From Takakia lepidozioides (lineage: Eukaryota; Plantae; Bryophyta): a stretch of DNA of 64,000 nt. Each line of letters opens with the position of its first letter. Positions within the stretch are counted from its first letter, which is position 1. A program made the translations under genes and the position numbers. The notes under the pieces are model-generated. The model saw only the letters and a list, made by a program, of their open reading frames with translations, ran no database searches and was not told the DNA's origin. The DNA is taken from positions 79,050,001 to 79,114,000 of the forward strand of contig CM060732.1 in NCBI GenBank assembly GCA_030704615.1, in the 5' to 3' direction. Positions 1-13,347 of the stretch are shown piece by piece.

Positions 1-229
1 TGCATGTTTTTTAGCCATTTTAATCTCTAGCTTGGATTATCGTATCCTACGGAATATGCAGGGATGCCGGTGAAAAAAAATAAAATTTGTTGGACCTAAG
101 TTGAACGAAGGTGGCTCTTCTGTTCTTGTATAAGGTATTTTTTGCTTTTTGGAATGTGATCTTGTATTCAATTTCAAACTCTAATTTTTTTCCGGGCAGG
201 TTCATTGGGCAGATTGAAATGTTTTTGTT

Positions 230-3056
230 CACCTTCGTTGACCTTCGTCACTGATGGAATTGCGTTGGTAACTGACAGAATAGGAGCTCTCCGGATCCAG
301 CGAGGTGCTCGGCCCATTTCAAACAACGTTTTGGTGGTGACTTGCTGCAGAGACAACTTCTACTCGAACAAAAGTTGCAACAAGTTTCCATGACCGATGG
401 AACTTCAGTGGAGGACTACTTGAAGCAAGTCGAAGATCTTGCAGGCCTACTAGCTAGTATTAACGCTAAAGTAGATGAAGTCAAACTGATGCATATTGTA
501 CTCAAAGGACTTCCACTTAGCTGGAGTTCTTTCATATCTAACTTTGGTTCTAACTTATCTAAGCTTCCTCGACCAACTTTCACAGACTTGGTTGAACGCA
601 TGCAATCCGAGGAGTATTGGCGTCGTGGCAAGATGGAAGACGAACTCATGAAGAAGCAATGCTTGCAGGCCCAGTTCACCCGGAATGCAGTATGAGGCAA
701 AGGCAGGCCCTTCAACAACCCCAACAAAGCGCAGAACCAGTTCGGAGGTTCACCTCGACCCAGCTTCAACCGAGGAGGGCGTCGCAATACCAACTGCAAC
801 TACTGTGGAAAATCTGGCCATTGGGAAGCTGACTGCGATCTCAAAAAGATTGAGGAGCAAATAGCGACTCCTTAGTTCAAGGCTGCAGGAATGCGCCGCT
901 CTAAGTTCCAAGCTAATGTGGTTGAAGTTTTCGATGATGACGAGGAAGAGGACCTTGATGAGTTCCCTGAGTATCACTCCGGTGAAGTCAATATGGTAGA
1001 ACAAGACCATGAGACCCGTGACTGGTTTATGGACTCCGGAGCAACTAATCATGTCACTGGTGACAAAGAGCAGTTCAGTAGTTTTGCTTCTCGAGTCTCT
1101 GGTACCTCATCTGGTGTAACTGCCGCCAGTGGCGCTAAGATGTCTATGGGCGGTAGAGGAATTGTCAATCTTTTTGATAATAAAGCATTCAAAAATGTTC
1201 TCTACGTGCCTGGAGTCACCAAAAGCTTGATGTCACTTGGCAAAATTACAGACAAAGGTTATCTTGTGTTGTTTAATTCTAAATCGTGTATAGTGTTTGA
1301 GAAAGATAACCCTCACCGGGTACATCTTTACGGTACACGTGATTCTTCTAATAGTCTGTATCGGCTCAAGCATTCGTTACAAGGCCAAGCTGCACTTATT
1401 GATCCTGGCGCTTCACTTACATCTCTAGCCTCGATCCGCCCTAACTCCATCGAAGGCTAAGTACTTACCTTTACAGATGACTACAGTCGCTACACATGGG
1501 TGTATTTTCTAGCAGCTAAAAGTGAAGCCTTTGCAAGGAATTTGCGAAGTCAGGGCTTATGGAACTATTCCACGCAATCATGTTGTTCAGAACGAAATTC
1601 AGGGGCCCATGGAACCATTCCACGCAATCAGGATGCTGAAGAACAAAATCGAGATGTTGAGGATGTGCATGGTAATGACATTAACGACCTTCATCCTGAT
1701 GTGGCTCCCAGAAGCGATGATGATAATGTCTATCATGGAGATCGGTTAGCTTCTCCAATTATATAACCCGTGAGGCATTCGACTCGGGCAGCTCGACGCT
1801 TACCTGTGCACCTACATGACTATGATTTGAGCTTCGGTGAAGAAACTGTTGATCCCGTTAGTGACAATATTACTCTGGCAGAAGCTTTACGTGATCCTGG
1901 GTGGACCAAGGCCATGCAAGAAGAATATGATTCTCATAAAGAATCATACCTGGGAGTTAATCAAGCTTCCTCCAAATTGTAAGACACTATCAGTGAAGTG
2001 GATATACAAGGCAAAGCCTCAACTTGGCTCCACCCATCATCGGCTAAAAGCGAGGTTGGCTGCTCGAGGATTGGAACAACAAGCAAGGATTGATTACAAC
2101 GAAACTTTTGCTCTTGTTGTCCGATGGTATACTCTTAGAACGATAATTGCTTTGGCTGTCAATCTTGGCTGGGACATGAACACCATCTTGACGTTGTTAC
2201 GGCATTTCTCAACGGAACACTTGAAGAAACTATTTATATGCAGCAACCTCCCGGTTTTGCAATGGCTGGTAAAGAGCATTTGGTGTGCCGGCTGTTGCGA
2301 TCTATCTATGGGTTAAAGCAATCCCCTCGGGCTTGGCATGTGAAGAAATCGATACATTTCTTTGTGCTCAAAATTGGACTTGCAGTGAAGCGGATCCCAA
2401 TCTCTATTACTTTCTTGAAGGTTCCGTCATTCTCATCATTTTGCTGTGCGACGATGATCTCTTGGTTACCGGCAATGACTCTGACCATATTTATGCTGTC
2501 AAACAGACCTTGCAACGCAATATGAAATGAAGGATTTGGGTGTCAGCAAGCATCAGCCTACTGTCTCTGACAGCACTACTGAAGCCAAGTACAAGGCATT
2601 ATCTAAAGGGACAAAAGAAGCAGTATATCTTCGCCGGTTGTTACTTGAAGTCAAACTTCATCATTCTACTTCGACTATCCCTCTCGCACATTCTGATCAT
2701 CACATTTAGTCCAATCTTTCCGAAGCACACATTCCTACTAGGCTGGACGTGCATCTTCATTGCGATAATCAAGATGCTATTAGGCTCGCTAAGAATCCCA
2801 TCTTCCACGCACGCACCAAGCACATAGAAGCTAAGCACCATTTCATTCGTGAAAGGGTGCTAGAGGAGGAGATAACACTGAAAGTCATCTCTACAGAAGA
2901 ACAACGTGCTGATATATTCACGAAACAAGTTGGCAGACAGAAGTTCGAGAAACATCGGAGTTTTATTGGGGTGCACTCTCTGGCACAAGTATGATTACAT
3001 GTCTCAGATCATGTCGATGTGACATCCCCCCTGATCGGGTCGAGAGGGGGTGTTGG
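230..3056 (+). mobile_element. Degenerate Ty1/copia retrotransposon internal region (gag-PR-partial INT-RT-RNaseH-PPT)
   Basis: Gag UBN2-like segment (SVEDYLKQVEDLAGLLASI...LKGLPLSW). Zinc knuckle CNYCGKSGHWEADC at ~795-838. Protease WFMDSGATNHVTG. INT remnant TFTDDYSRYTWVYFL. RT KARLAARG...[10 protein letters not shown]. RNaseH CDNQDAIRLAKNPIFHARTKHIE. INT precedes RT (copia order). PPT gagagggggg at 3041-3050 followed by TGTTGG. Many frameshifts, stops and internal deletions. Confidence 0.92.
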
Positions 3057-3095
3057 AAAAGACAACTTGAAACAGCGGCTTAAGTTTCACCGTGA

Positions 3096-3247
3096 CGAAT
3101 CTTGGAGAGAAGAGAGCGCATGTTGCGTCATCGACTCATCAAGGAAGTTTTGATTGTTTGGCATGGGCTTCCTCTCATGGATGCTACTTGGGAGTCAGAG
3201 CAAACAATAAAGAAACAGTACCCAGACTTTGTCATTGAGGACAATGA
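3096..3247 (+). mobile_element. Gypsy (chromovirus) integrase chromodomain fragment
   Basis: ERRERMLRHRLIKEVLIVWHGLPLMDATWESEQTIKKQYPDFVIEDN matches the retrotransposon chromodomain pattern (LxxWxGxPxxxATWE). Confidence 0.75.
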
Positions 3248-3420
3248 AAGAAACTTCATCAAATCATCCATAAATAGTGTTTTGATTTGTTTTATGAGAA
3301 TGTTTTACATGCAGCCCACCCTCGAAAGGGGGCAGTAGTCGCAAGGCAAACTGGCTCTTAGTTACGCCGGTTTCGGCCGGAGTCTTCTCTCTCTATCTTT
3401 TACATGCAAACATCATACCA

Positions 3421-3645
3421 ACAGTTGGTAGCTCAGTTGGATAGTGCTCTCAATGCCACCCAGATGATTTTGGGGTCAAATCTTGATGGTTGTGGTATGT
3501 TCTTCTCCCCCTTCTCTTGGGCGCAAGCCTTCACGGCCAGGTTATTCTGAAAGAGGTTATTTTTTCCTCTAACTATAATTAAAGGGCCCGATTTATGAGC
3601 TGTAGCCTGTCGCTCCTAGGTGTTTCCCCTTTTTTTTTTAAAAAT
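3421..3645 (+). mobile_element. tRNA-derived SINE
   Basis: A-box-like TAGCTCAGTTGG, B-box-like GGGTCAAATCT, tail gaggttatttttcc... ending in a T/A run. A related copy lies at ~49555-49710. Confidence 0.6.
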
Positions 3646-3684
3646 GAGAACAAATAGCAATTTAAAGGAATAGGACGTATAATC

Positions 3685-4065
3685 CTGTGTTGTGCGGGTA
3701 AATAGATTTTTGCTTACCCTCCGGGTAAGGGTAAATAAAAATCAGAGGTTTATTTATCCTCCGGGTAAGGGTAAATTATTTGTATGTCCATTTATTTATC
3801 CTATGGGTAAGGATAAATTATTTATATGTCCATTTATTTATCCTACAGATAAAGGATAAAGGCCAATATTTTTGACCGGGTAAGGATAAATGATTTACCC
3901 TTTTTATACCCGCCGGGTAAATAAAGGATATATTGCAGGATATATATATCTTCAGTTTGTTATGCTCAACTCAAAAAATATAATAATTAAGATAATCAAC
4001 TTATGGTCTTTTTTTGGTTTAGTATGAGGCTCATTGTATCATATGTTGGTGAATAATATGAGGGA

Positions 4066-4096
<31 letters not shown>

Positions 4097-4907
4097 GGAT
4101 GATCAGAGCGAGTGTCTTCACACTAAAATAATAATCAAATAAAGCCAAATAGAACCATGTACGAGTGCCTTGTCCATGGAACTAGTGCCTCCGAGATCCA
4201 GGTAATAGATAATAATGAAACAAAATAATGAAAGATAAACTAGTGCCTCCCAGAGATCCGGGTAAAGATAATAATGAAATAAAGGAAAGAATTGATTCAA
4301 TTGTGATGGCATTTTCCATTTGTAAGGTAATGAAGTGAGGCAAAATCCATAGGCTATGGTTGATAGCTTAAAATAGATAAATAATTACCACTGTAACAAA
4401 GATGCCACGGACGAAATAGAACAATTTGTTCCGGAGGAGATGGTCCATAATGGAGCCTACCCTGGGAGTGTCATTCCCTGTCAAGGTTAGTAGAGTTTCT
4501 AGTAAAACTGTAGCTGAATTGCTTGCTGTCGCTGGCGAATGGGCAGCACTTAACAGCTCTGATTTCAGGGTTGCACTACACACGCATAGAGACAAGCACA
4601 AGAGTAGGACACTGACAGAGTATCACTTGGATTTCTCAAGAAGCTTTAAAATTTAAGTCTCAACATTTATATGGCAACATGGTCTTCATAGAGCAATAAG
4701 GGTGCAATTCCTATCTGTAGTTTCTCATTTACACTATTTATCCTCCAAAATATTTATTTATCCGCGGGTAAAGGGTATATGGAAACTATTTACCCTTTAG
4801 ACGGGTAAGGGCAAGGGTTATCTCATATTATTTACCCGTCTGAAGGGTAAGGGTAAGGGTAAATGAAATGGGCCAATCCGGGTAAATGATTTACCTGCAC
4901 AACACTG
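3685..4907. mobile_element. Non-autonomous hAT DNA transposon
   Basis: 19-bp imperfect TIRs (ctgtgttgtgcgggtaaat / atttacctgcacaacactg). Perfect 8-bp TSD GTATAATC at 3677-3684 and 4908-4915. Subterminal GGGTAA/TTTACCC repeats. Internal (TA)n at ~4067-4093. Confidence 0.88.
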
Positions 4908-4999
4908 GTATAATCATGTATACTTAAAGACAGTAAAATATAGCATATATAATTGTTCCATGCCACCCGTCACCGTGCTTGTAGTTTTCTATAACAATC

Positions 5000-5760
5000 G
5001 ACACTTGTTTTCAGGACAGACCTATGATTAAATGCCCAGTATGGGGTTGCCTGAGAGCTCATACCCTGTGGGCAATCTGGAAATGAAGGTGTGCTTGGAT
5101 CTTCCAGGGGAAAAACCCCAGTCTTAGATCTATGATGTTTAATAAATATTATGTAGATCTGATGATTGAGAGGAGAAAAGCTTGGATCTCTTTGTGTGCA
5201 GCTCTTCCCCGAGCTTCAACCAGGTGCAGACTCCAGCTTCTCCAGAGGTTTGATATCACCCGGGGCAAGGATGACATCATCGGCACCCACAATTCCGACT
5301 CTTCAGTACAATGGAAAGGCTCCATCCCCCCTCAATGGGAAATCCCCGGCTGAGGGGGAGGAGGTGGACTTTAATTGGCGCCACAAGCATGCTAGGGACT
5401 CCAAGTTTAAGGCTGAGCTTAAATTTTAGGGCTCTGGCATCTTGTAGATTGCCATTGCTGGACTTAGATTGCTTTGGTACACTTCTCCTCAGGATTCTGC
5501 CTCTCACTGATTTCTCATAGTTACTTCTCTCCTTCATAGACACCTTCCCTCTCAGCTTGGCACTATGACATTTCAGGACATCACTTTCACTCATTCGTAA
5601 ACATTTGCTAAAACTCTCCTTTAAACTCTTGGTTTTTTTGGTCATAGGGTGGTATCCCCACTGTAAGCCTTCACGGCTCCAGGGTGGTTATTTTTTCCAC
5701 TTCTTCTAATATATTTCCAGGGCCTATGTCCCCTGTTCCCACAAAAAATAAAATAAAAAA
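5000..5760 (+). mobile_element. LINE 3' end / tail with A-rich terminus
   Basis: Ends ggttattttttcc...ttccagggcctatgtcccctgttccc followed by an A-rich tail. The same tail occurs at ~12745-12809 and ~53665-53740. The 5' boundary is approximate. Confidence 0.5.
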
Positions 5761-5862
5761 TATCGAAATAGATTGCAGCCCACCCATTCACGTCCATCAA
5801 CCATCCTCCATTTAATAGCCCTCAAATTCCTGCAAGAATAACATTGTACATGAATGAGCTCA

Positions 5863-6250
5863 CCTGCCACAGGAACCTCAATGGTAAACTCTGTGTAGAT
5901 AAACATACAGTGCATGGAGGAGAAACCAGCTGCCACATATGCAAGGATGATTTCAGGCCCTACCACTGATCGAGCCTGCAACCCTGTTATGACAAATATG
6001 CTTGCCCCCACCACTGTACCTGCAGTGGTTGCACCAAAGTTCACCGAATTTCCAATTCCTTTGTGATTCAAATTGTTGAAGTGTGAACATTCCCAGATTA
6101 TCTTTCAATGCCACTTGCACTGTCATAAAGGATGTGCAATAAGGGCCTGTCCATCCTGAAGTGCAATCTCCTTGGAGTTTCAGATACTACAATTTTCATA
6201 TTGACATGATTGGCGAATTCCAGACCATGGCACTTGCCGATGTTGCACAT
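5863..6250 (-). pseudogene. Cationic amino acid transporter (CAT) 5' fragment
   Basis: AGTVVGASIFVITGLQARSVVGPEIILAYVAAGFSS...YTEFTIEVPVAG resembles CAT TM1-TM2. The upstream ETPRR segment is in a different frame. No downstream exons found. Confidence 0.75.
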
Positions 6251-6819
6251 TTGCTGGCTTGAATGTTTCAACCCCTTCTTCACTAGTACATATGATTGTG
6301 AAAACAAAGATCAGTGAATCGAGCATGCCAGTAAATCAGAAACTATACCACAAAGAAAAGTTAAACCAGTCTTGATGCAGATGCGTGGTAGTTTATGACA
6401 AGAAAAAATACCTATGGAGAACCACATGATGTCCCACCAATTGAGTGACCTCTTCGTTGCATTTCCACTTCGCTCCACCATCTCACATATTTCTACCTGC
6501 GCTCCATCGACGCAGACAAAATTGACTTATAGATAAAACAGAACATGTTTGTTTACAGAAAATGACACGTGGCAGACTCTCCATGACTGTGAACTATGAC
6601 TACGGGCGTGCTAATCCGGTTGCGCACGTGGCACGTTGCAGTTTTTACACGTGGGCCATCAGGAGGTTGACATGTGTCATGATGGGTGTTTTATTATGTA
6701 TTTCTACACATTTGTATTTCTGCCACGTGGTGCATTACTATTGGAGAGTGAAAATAGATGCAGTCATTATTATGACTATGGTAGAAGTCATATATATACA
6801 TATATAATGAACAGGGACA

Positions 6820-7369
6820 TGTGATGCATGATTCCGGAGCTATGGGTTTATTCCCCTTCCTCTACCGGACAAGGCTCTACAAGGGGGATGTAGTCGATAG
6901 AGGAGCTTGGCAGAGAAGACGAAGAGGACGCAACAGACTCACACATCCAAAAACATTCATAAAAAGCACTCAAGCACACCGTTACGCTTAGTATGCACAC
7001 ACGTAAGATGAAAACCACCACACTTTCTGCCACGGCAGAGGGATTTAAATAGTATTAGGGCGTAATCTAACCCTAGCGCCACGCGGCACATACACATAGC
7101 CTTTCCAGATGTTGTTCCAGCCTGACCATAGAAAGAAGCCACATCATCTAGTTCCATCCTAATCTAATCCTAAACTAGTTGTTAGAATAAGACAACATAT
7201 AATAAAGCCGTAAGCTGTTGCCAGCTCATCCTCATGCATTAGGTAGAAGTTCATCTAGACCACATCCTAACTCCGTTCATCCTTTTTACATCCCTTGTTC
7301 ATCCTCCCATCCTCCACCCTCCATTCATCTAAGGCAGAAAAACAGGTAAGGGGGAATCCCATCATCACA
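6820..7369 (-). repeat. 3' LTR of element 1 (B 6829-7369 plus 9-bp A' 6820-6828)
   Basis: Reads TGTGATG...GGAATCA-TGCATCACA on the minus strand. Highly similar, inverted, to 12810-13347. Confidence 0.9.
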
Positions 7370-10300
7370 TATGTGATGCATGCCAGGGCCACTATGAACT
7401 GTGAGCTCTTGCGAACTAAGATATGAGGAAAACGAAGAAGGAGTTAGCCTAAGCAAAACTACACACCCGATGCAAGAGGGATGGAAAAACCTAGGGAAGA
7501 AAACCTCACCCTGCAAGCTGGGTGGAGGACAAAACATCCCATAGGAAAAACCCCAATTGTTACAAATGGTGCTGAAAACTGTCACGAAATTCAAAAACTA
7601 CTCTAAAGTGGAAGAAGCCATGGCCTGATCACGAGTTGTTCGAGCTGTAGGGGTGAAAATCACCTGGCAGTTCTCAACATTCAAACATGTTAGATCAAAA
7701 GTGAGTGTACACGGAACAAGCAGGGAAACATTAACAGGGCTAGCAAGGTAAGGAGTGGAAGAATGTTGGGGAAGCAACACATATTGCCAACCAGGAAGAA
7801 TATCAGACTTCAGGTAAGGTCCATCAATCCGCCGCTTGGCCTTGGATACTTGCTTACCAGGCCCTTACACATATAGACTGCCCTACTTTGAAAGACTCAG
7901 AATACACAACCCACCGGTTATAATTTTTGGCCTGAGAAGCCTGGGCAAACACAATGTTAGACTTAGTTGTTTCTCGCAAATGATGGCGTTTAGCATCCAG
8001 GAAAAGCAAAAAGACTTCCCAATTTCCAGGCTCAGTAGCTGAGACCTGCGGCCAAGAGATATGCAAAGGAGTCCGACATTTCCTACCATACAAAAGTTCA
8101 AAAGGTGAGATTTTGGTACTGGCATGGATAGAAGTCCTATAGGCAAATAGCAGAATAGGCATGGCAATATCCCATTCATCAATTAGCGTTCAATTCTTTT
8201 CGAGCATCTTTGCACATAGTTTTGTTAAATCGTTCTGTCAAACCATTGCATTGGGGATTGTAGGGAGCAGTAACGGCATGCTTCGTGTTGAGATTAAACA
8301 AGACAATCTCCATAAGTTGGTTGCAGAACTCAGTACCTTGATCCGTGAGGATTTGAAGAGGGCAACCATGATGAAGTATCACCTAATCAAAGAAGAACTG
8401 CACCACCTCATCACTATCTTTAGCAACCAGAGGTCGGAGCTCAACCCATTTCGTCAGGTAATCCGTACCAACCGCAAGGTATGCATGGCCCTTGGACGTG
8501 GATTTAAGGGGTCCAACAAGATCCAAGCCAACCCTGGCAAATGGTTCAGTCACCGGGATCGGCTGCAAAGATAAGGGAGCTTTGGTCCTAGGTAGGATGG
8601 TCTTGGCATGACAGGGCACACACCTTGCAATGAAAGCTGAGACATCTTTAACTAAGTCTTTCCAGTGATACTGCTTTTGCAATCTTTTGATAGTTTTAAC
8701 AACCCCCAAATGGCCAGCATAAGTAGAAGCATGGTACAATTTGAATAAAGCAGGGACAGCGGACCTAGAAGGGACTTCCAAGAAGAAGAAAGTGACAGGC
8801 CTCGTTCTCTTCCTTTCGTGATCTGACTTCATTTTCAGTTGGCTGCCTATGAGGAGGCAAGCAGGCTGTAAGGCGCAGCTCAGTCCCTTGGTCGGGAAAC
8901 AAACCAAGGCAGATGCAAGACAAGATGAACATGCCTAAGGTAAGGGAAAGTACCAGAGCCTACTGTAGGATGCCAGACCAGAATTCATGCCAATACCAAG
9001 GGAAATTCAACCAACATCAAACTGAAGCAGATCTCAAGTGTCAAGCAGATCTGGAGGAATATAAGGATAATCCAGCAGATGACACAAGACAAATGGATCC
9101 GAAACAGGCACAACAGGTGAAGTAGAGCGTGAAGTATGAGGGACAAGGTCGTTCAGGGATTTTGGGTTCTCCTCGAGTCAAAACATCTGCATTGACATTA
9201 TCCTTCACACGCTTGTAAGAGATTGTGAAGTCATAGCCTTGCAGTATGAGAGCCCACCTAGCTAATCTCCCTAGCTAATCTCCCTAGCCTAGCTAATCTC
9301 CTTGCTGACTCCCTGTGAGTTCACAAGGAGTCAGCAAGGCTTTCAAAGGTAAATGATCAGTCTCAATTGTAAAATGACAACCATGTAAATATTGCCTAAA
9401 ATATTTGACTCCAAAGATAACTGCAAGGCCTTCCTTGTCAGTGATAGAGTAATTACGCTCATGTTTATTAAGGCGGCGGGAAGCGTAGGCAATGGCATGC
9501 TCCTTACCATCTTGAATCTGGCTCAACACTGCAGAGATAGCTAAATCACTGGCATCAGTTTGCAAGAGAAATGGCAAGGTAAAATCAGGATAAACAAACA
9601 CAGGAGCAGAGGTTAAGGTAGATGTTTCTGCAGTATCCCATACAAAACGAGCATCCTTGGATAACAAGTGAGTGAGTGAAGCAGCAAGTTTGGCAAATTG
9701 AAAAATGAAACGATGATAGTAAGAGCCCAAGCCCAAGAAGGCCTTAACACATGTTTTATCTCTAGGGGTTGGATAGTTCCACACAGCCTGGATCTTGGGT
9801 CAGGACTGATGCCAGCAGCAGAAAGCAGATGGCCTAGGAAATGGAGCTGTTCCATACAAAAATCACACTTCTTGGCTTTAACTTTAAGCCCGACTGTACG
9901 AAGCCTGCACACAACCCGCTGTAAATCCAGTAGATGAGCATCAAACGTCGTAGAATAAATATTGATGTCATCAATGTAAACTAAAGCACACTCCCAACGA
10001 ATGTTGCCTAAAACAATGTCCATAAGGCGCTGAAATGTAGCAGTGGCGTTGCAAAGGCCAAAAGACACTGTTTCAAATTGGAAGAGGCCCATCCTGCAGG
10101 TGAAGGCAATTTTCTCCTTAGCAGCAGCAGTAAAAGAACTGGCCAAAAGCGATAGGCTAAATCTAATGAAAAGAAGATAGTGGCCCCATTAAGTTGGTCT
10201 AGCGATTCGTTAATGCGTGGCAAAGGGTAGACATCTTTATTTGTAATGGCATTTAAACGCCGAAAGTCTACACAAAAACGGGTTGAGCCATCCTTCTTAC

Positions 10301-10659
10301 CCACCAAGACAATGGGACTGGCCCAAGGGGATATGGAGGGGGTGATCACACCAGCATCAAGCATCTTGATAATCTCTTCATGAATGACTTTTTGCTCACG
10401 AACACTCTCCCTATAAGCATGTTGTTTGATAGGCTTACCATCCGTGATGATGTCATGATCAAGAAGGGTGGTGCGGCCTAAGTCATGGGGCCCTTTACTA
10501 AAGATGTCGAGATTGTCACGGAGAAACAGGTGCAGGTGACGAATCTGCTGGGGGGTGAGGTGATCCGTCAGTGGAACCGGAATGAGAGGCAAACGCCTGG
10601 AGTTGGTCAATGGGGGAGTCCACTAGTCCAATATCATGAAGACTGAGGCCTTTCTGAAT

Positions 10660-10890
10660 AGAGGCCAACTCAAACAAAGGAGAAGCAGTGAGCCTAGTGA
10701 GGACCTGACCCTTGCGTACACTGATGCTAATACGTTCGGGATTAGCAACCAGTAATCTGACCTCTCCTTTAAATCCCCTGTCTAAAACCCCAGAAGCAAT
10801 CAGACAGTGCTTTTGTAGGGTAAGTTTTTTCCAGCCTTCTCCCTCAAGGAAATGACCTGTAGGGCAAGCAAAAGCTAAGCCAATAGGCAC
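10660..10890 (-). CDS. dUTPase-like domain within gypsy pol region
   Basis: PIGLAFACPTGHF...SGVLDRGFKGEVRLLVANPERISISVRKGQVLTRL resembles trimeric dUTPase (GxIDxDYRGE motif III, GxRIAQL motif IV). Motif II is degenerate. Confidence 0.6.
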
Positions 10891-12317
10891 TATGCGGCGT
10901 GCGCTGAGGAAAAGCTGGGATAGTGAGTCAACTGGAGCACGTAGCTACATGGTATTCTTTGCCAAAGGCAGGGGAGGTCTAGACTTCTTACCTGGCGGAG
11001 GGAAATGCCATTGGCATAGATTATCACCAGGTGGTTGAAACTGGCTGAATCTGGCCCAATTATAATGCAATCAGAGTAGTACTTCCAGACACTGTCACGA
11101 TAATGAAACTTTAAGTCTGGTGTAGTATAGGCAGTGGGCTTTTCTTCACGAAAAAGCTTCCGAGCCAACTCTTTTGCCTCTACCCAAGTCAGATCGTGCT
11201 TGTCTTTGATGTTGGACTCAAACAGCTGTCTGGCTTCTCCTTTGAGACAAATCCAAAAAGATTTTACTTGGAATCTTGCTGGTACACCATTCATTTCAGT
11301 ACTGATTTCAAAAAATTCCAAGAAGGACTCAAAATCTTCCCCTAAGTTGAATTCAGGGTATTGTTGCTTATGCATTCGCTCGCCAAGTTCAGACAAGTTC
11401 GAGAAGGGGCATCAGAGGCCCCTGTCTGTCTCAGCAACATCTTCATGAGAGGGGGGCAATTGGAAATCACCCCCATAGCTTCGCATAATGCTTCCACATC
11501 AAAGGTGGGTGGAGAGTCAGCCGCCGGATCCTTCTGTTTGAAATCTCCGGACGACTCTCTCCTTTCATAGTTCTTTGGTTCATTAGCTGTTGTCTCTCCC
11601 CTCTCCTTCGCTGCACGTTGTTCCAACTCACTTAGTCCCATAGTCTCTTCTGCCTCCTTTTCTAGCATAGATCTTGTGAAAATAGGCATGAGAAAAAGAA
11701 GTACCCCTACCTGTTAGAAGGGGCACTGAGCTACGAGTCCCAGCCAGTCACACAGTGAGAGGTGATGAAGCGGTGTTTGTGCAGCAGGTACACTCCTTTA
11801 CCCAAAAATCCTCACAGCTCTTCCTCACCCTTGAGCCAGAAGGTAACCTGCACAATGCTGCGCACGATTTTCTCCTTCACCAGTAGAGTATGGGTAGGGT
11901 ACTCCTTCACTGCCTCAGCGTTGTATATCCCCATCGTCTCTCGACGGAAGCAGATCCCTGGGAAAATCACTTCATCACTAGGACAAAAGGAAAAATCAGT
12001 GTTTGGAATGTCCGTGATCCGGTCCTCCCAAGTGAGCTCTCGGGTAGGGGTGGGCGGAATCCTAGGCTTCAAATTAGCAAGAAGAATAGAGGTACCACCC
12101 TTAACTAACTCCCACAAACGCAGGGGGCTTGGTTTGCCAGGCGGTAGGAAGTTTTCAAGCTCGACACCCAATTCTCGACTCACAGAGAACTAGGGAATGC
12201 CCAACACTGCTCAGCTGAGAGTCTCACCCCGTCCCAACTGCTTCTTAGCACTAGCAAGGGGTTTTTGTAGGGAAACTTCCCTGGAATGCGGCGATTCTGC
12301 TCCCTGCGCTCCGCTCT

Positions 12318-12809
12318 GGTGTGTATGGGCTTGGAATGGATAGCTATTCAGGAGCAGGGATAGAGTGTGGGCACAGATTCATCCAAGAGGGCCAGATTTC
12401 CAAGCACAAGATTACCTATGATTCCTTGTGGATCAATAGCTACAAGAAATTACCTGCATCTGGTAGATGGTCAACTAAAGGCAGCAGCTGCAGCAGCACA
12501 TTTGATAAAATCAGGCACCTCAACCATGACCACAGCTTCTAGAAGAGGATCAAGAGAGTGAGTCCACAATGCCTCTTCTGGCACTTCTGTGCTGGGCTGC
12601 ATTGCGTAGCCTGGCCTCTGCCTCCTAGGCCCTGGCTCTTAGTCTTTAGTGCTCTCTCCTTGTTTTTAGTACTTCTCTTGCAGTTTTTTGCCTCTGGTCT
12701 TGAAGCAGTGCCTTCCTAGGTCGACCTCTATGGCACCAGCTTTGAGGGTATTTTTTTCTTATGTACGTCTCATCCCCCTTTATATAATAAATTTTCCAAG
12801 GCCTCTGTC
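12318..12809 (+). mobile_element. LINE 3' tail into which element 1 inserted
   Basis: Ends ...aataaattttccaaggcctctgtc at the LTR. The continuation (tgtc)cctgttc is on the minus strand from 6819 leftward, restoring the family tail ccagggcctatgtcccctgttc. Confidence 0.65.
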
Positions 12810-13347
12810 TGTGATGATGGGATTCCCCCTTACCTTTTTTTCTGCCTTAGATGAATGGAGGGTGGAGGATGGGAGGATGAACAAGGGATGTAAAAGGGAT
12901 GGACGGAGTTAGGAAGTGGTCTGGATGAACTTCTGAGCTGGCAACAGCTTACGGCTTTATTATATGTTGTCTTATTCTAACAGCTAGTTTAGATTAGATT
13001 AGGATGGAACTAGATGATGTGGCTTCTTTCTATGGTCAGGCTGGAACAACATCTGGAAAGGCTATGTGTATGTGCCGCGTGGCGCTAGGGTTAGATTATG
13101 CCTTAATACTATTTAAATCCCTCTGCCGTGGCAGAAAGTGTGGTGGTTTTCATCTTACATGTGTGCATACTGAGCGTAACAGTGTGCTGGAGTGCTCTTA
13201 TGAATGTTTTTGCAATTGGATGTGTGAGTCTGTTGCGTCCTCTTCGTGAGATTCCGTCTTCTCTGCCAAGCTCCTCTATCGACTACATCCCCCTTGTAGA
13301 GCCTTGTCTGGTAGAGGAAGGGGAATAAACCCATAGCTCCGGAATCA
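12810..13347 (+). repeat. 5' LTR (block B) of element 1, inverted relative to its ORFs
   Basis: TGTGATG...GGAATCA, directly followed by the PBS. Confidence 0.9.

Noticed and set aside
3041-3247. Copia element with a chromodomain
   Set aside because: The chromodomain lies after the RNaseH stop, PPT and LTR start. It is more simply a neighbouring gypsy fragment joined by deletion or nesting.
3423-3485. tRNA gene
   Set aside because: It has A/B boxes but no complete cloverleaf, and it continues into a SINE tail.
6848-7157. Duplicated small ORFs (also 13004-13328; 41786-41971 and 48065-48250)
   Set aside because: These are simply translations of LTR copies.
9257-9303. CCTAGCTAATCTC tandem repeat as a regulatory signal
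   Set aside because: A local slippage duplication disrupting RNaseH of a dead element.
6820-13347. DIRS-type element suggested by inverted long repeats
   Set aside because: It encodes a DDE integrase, has a tRNA PBS and a TSD, and no tyrosine recombinase. The inverted orientation is explained by a local inversion.
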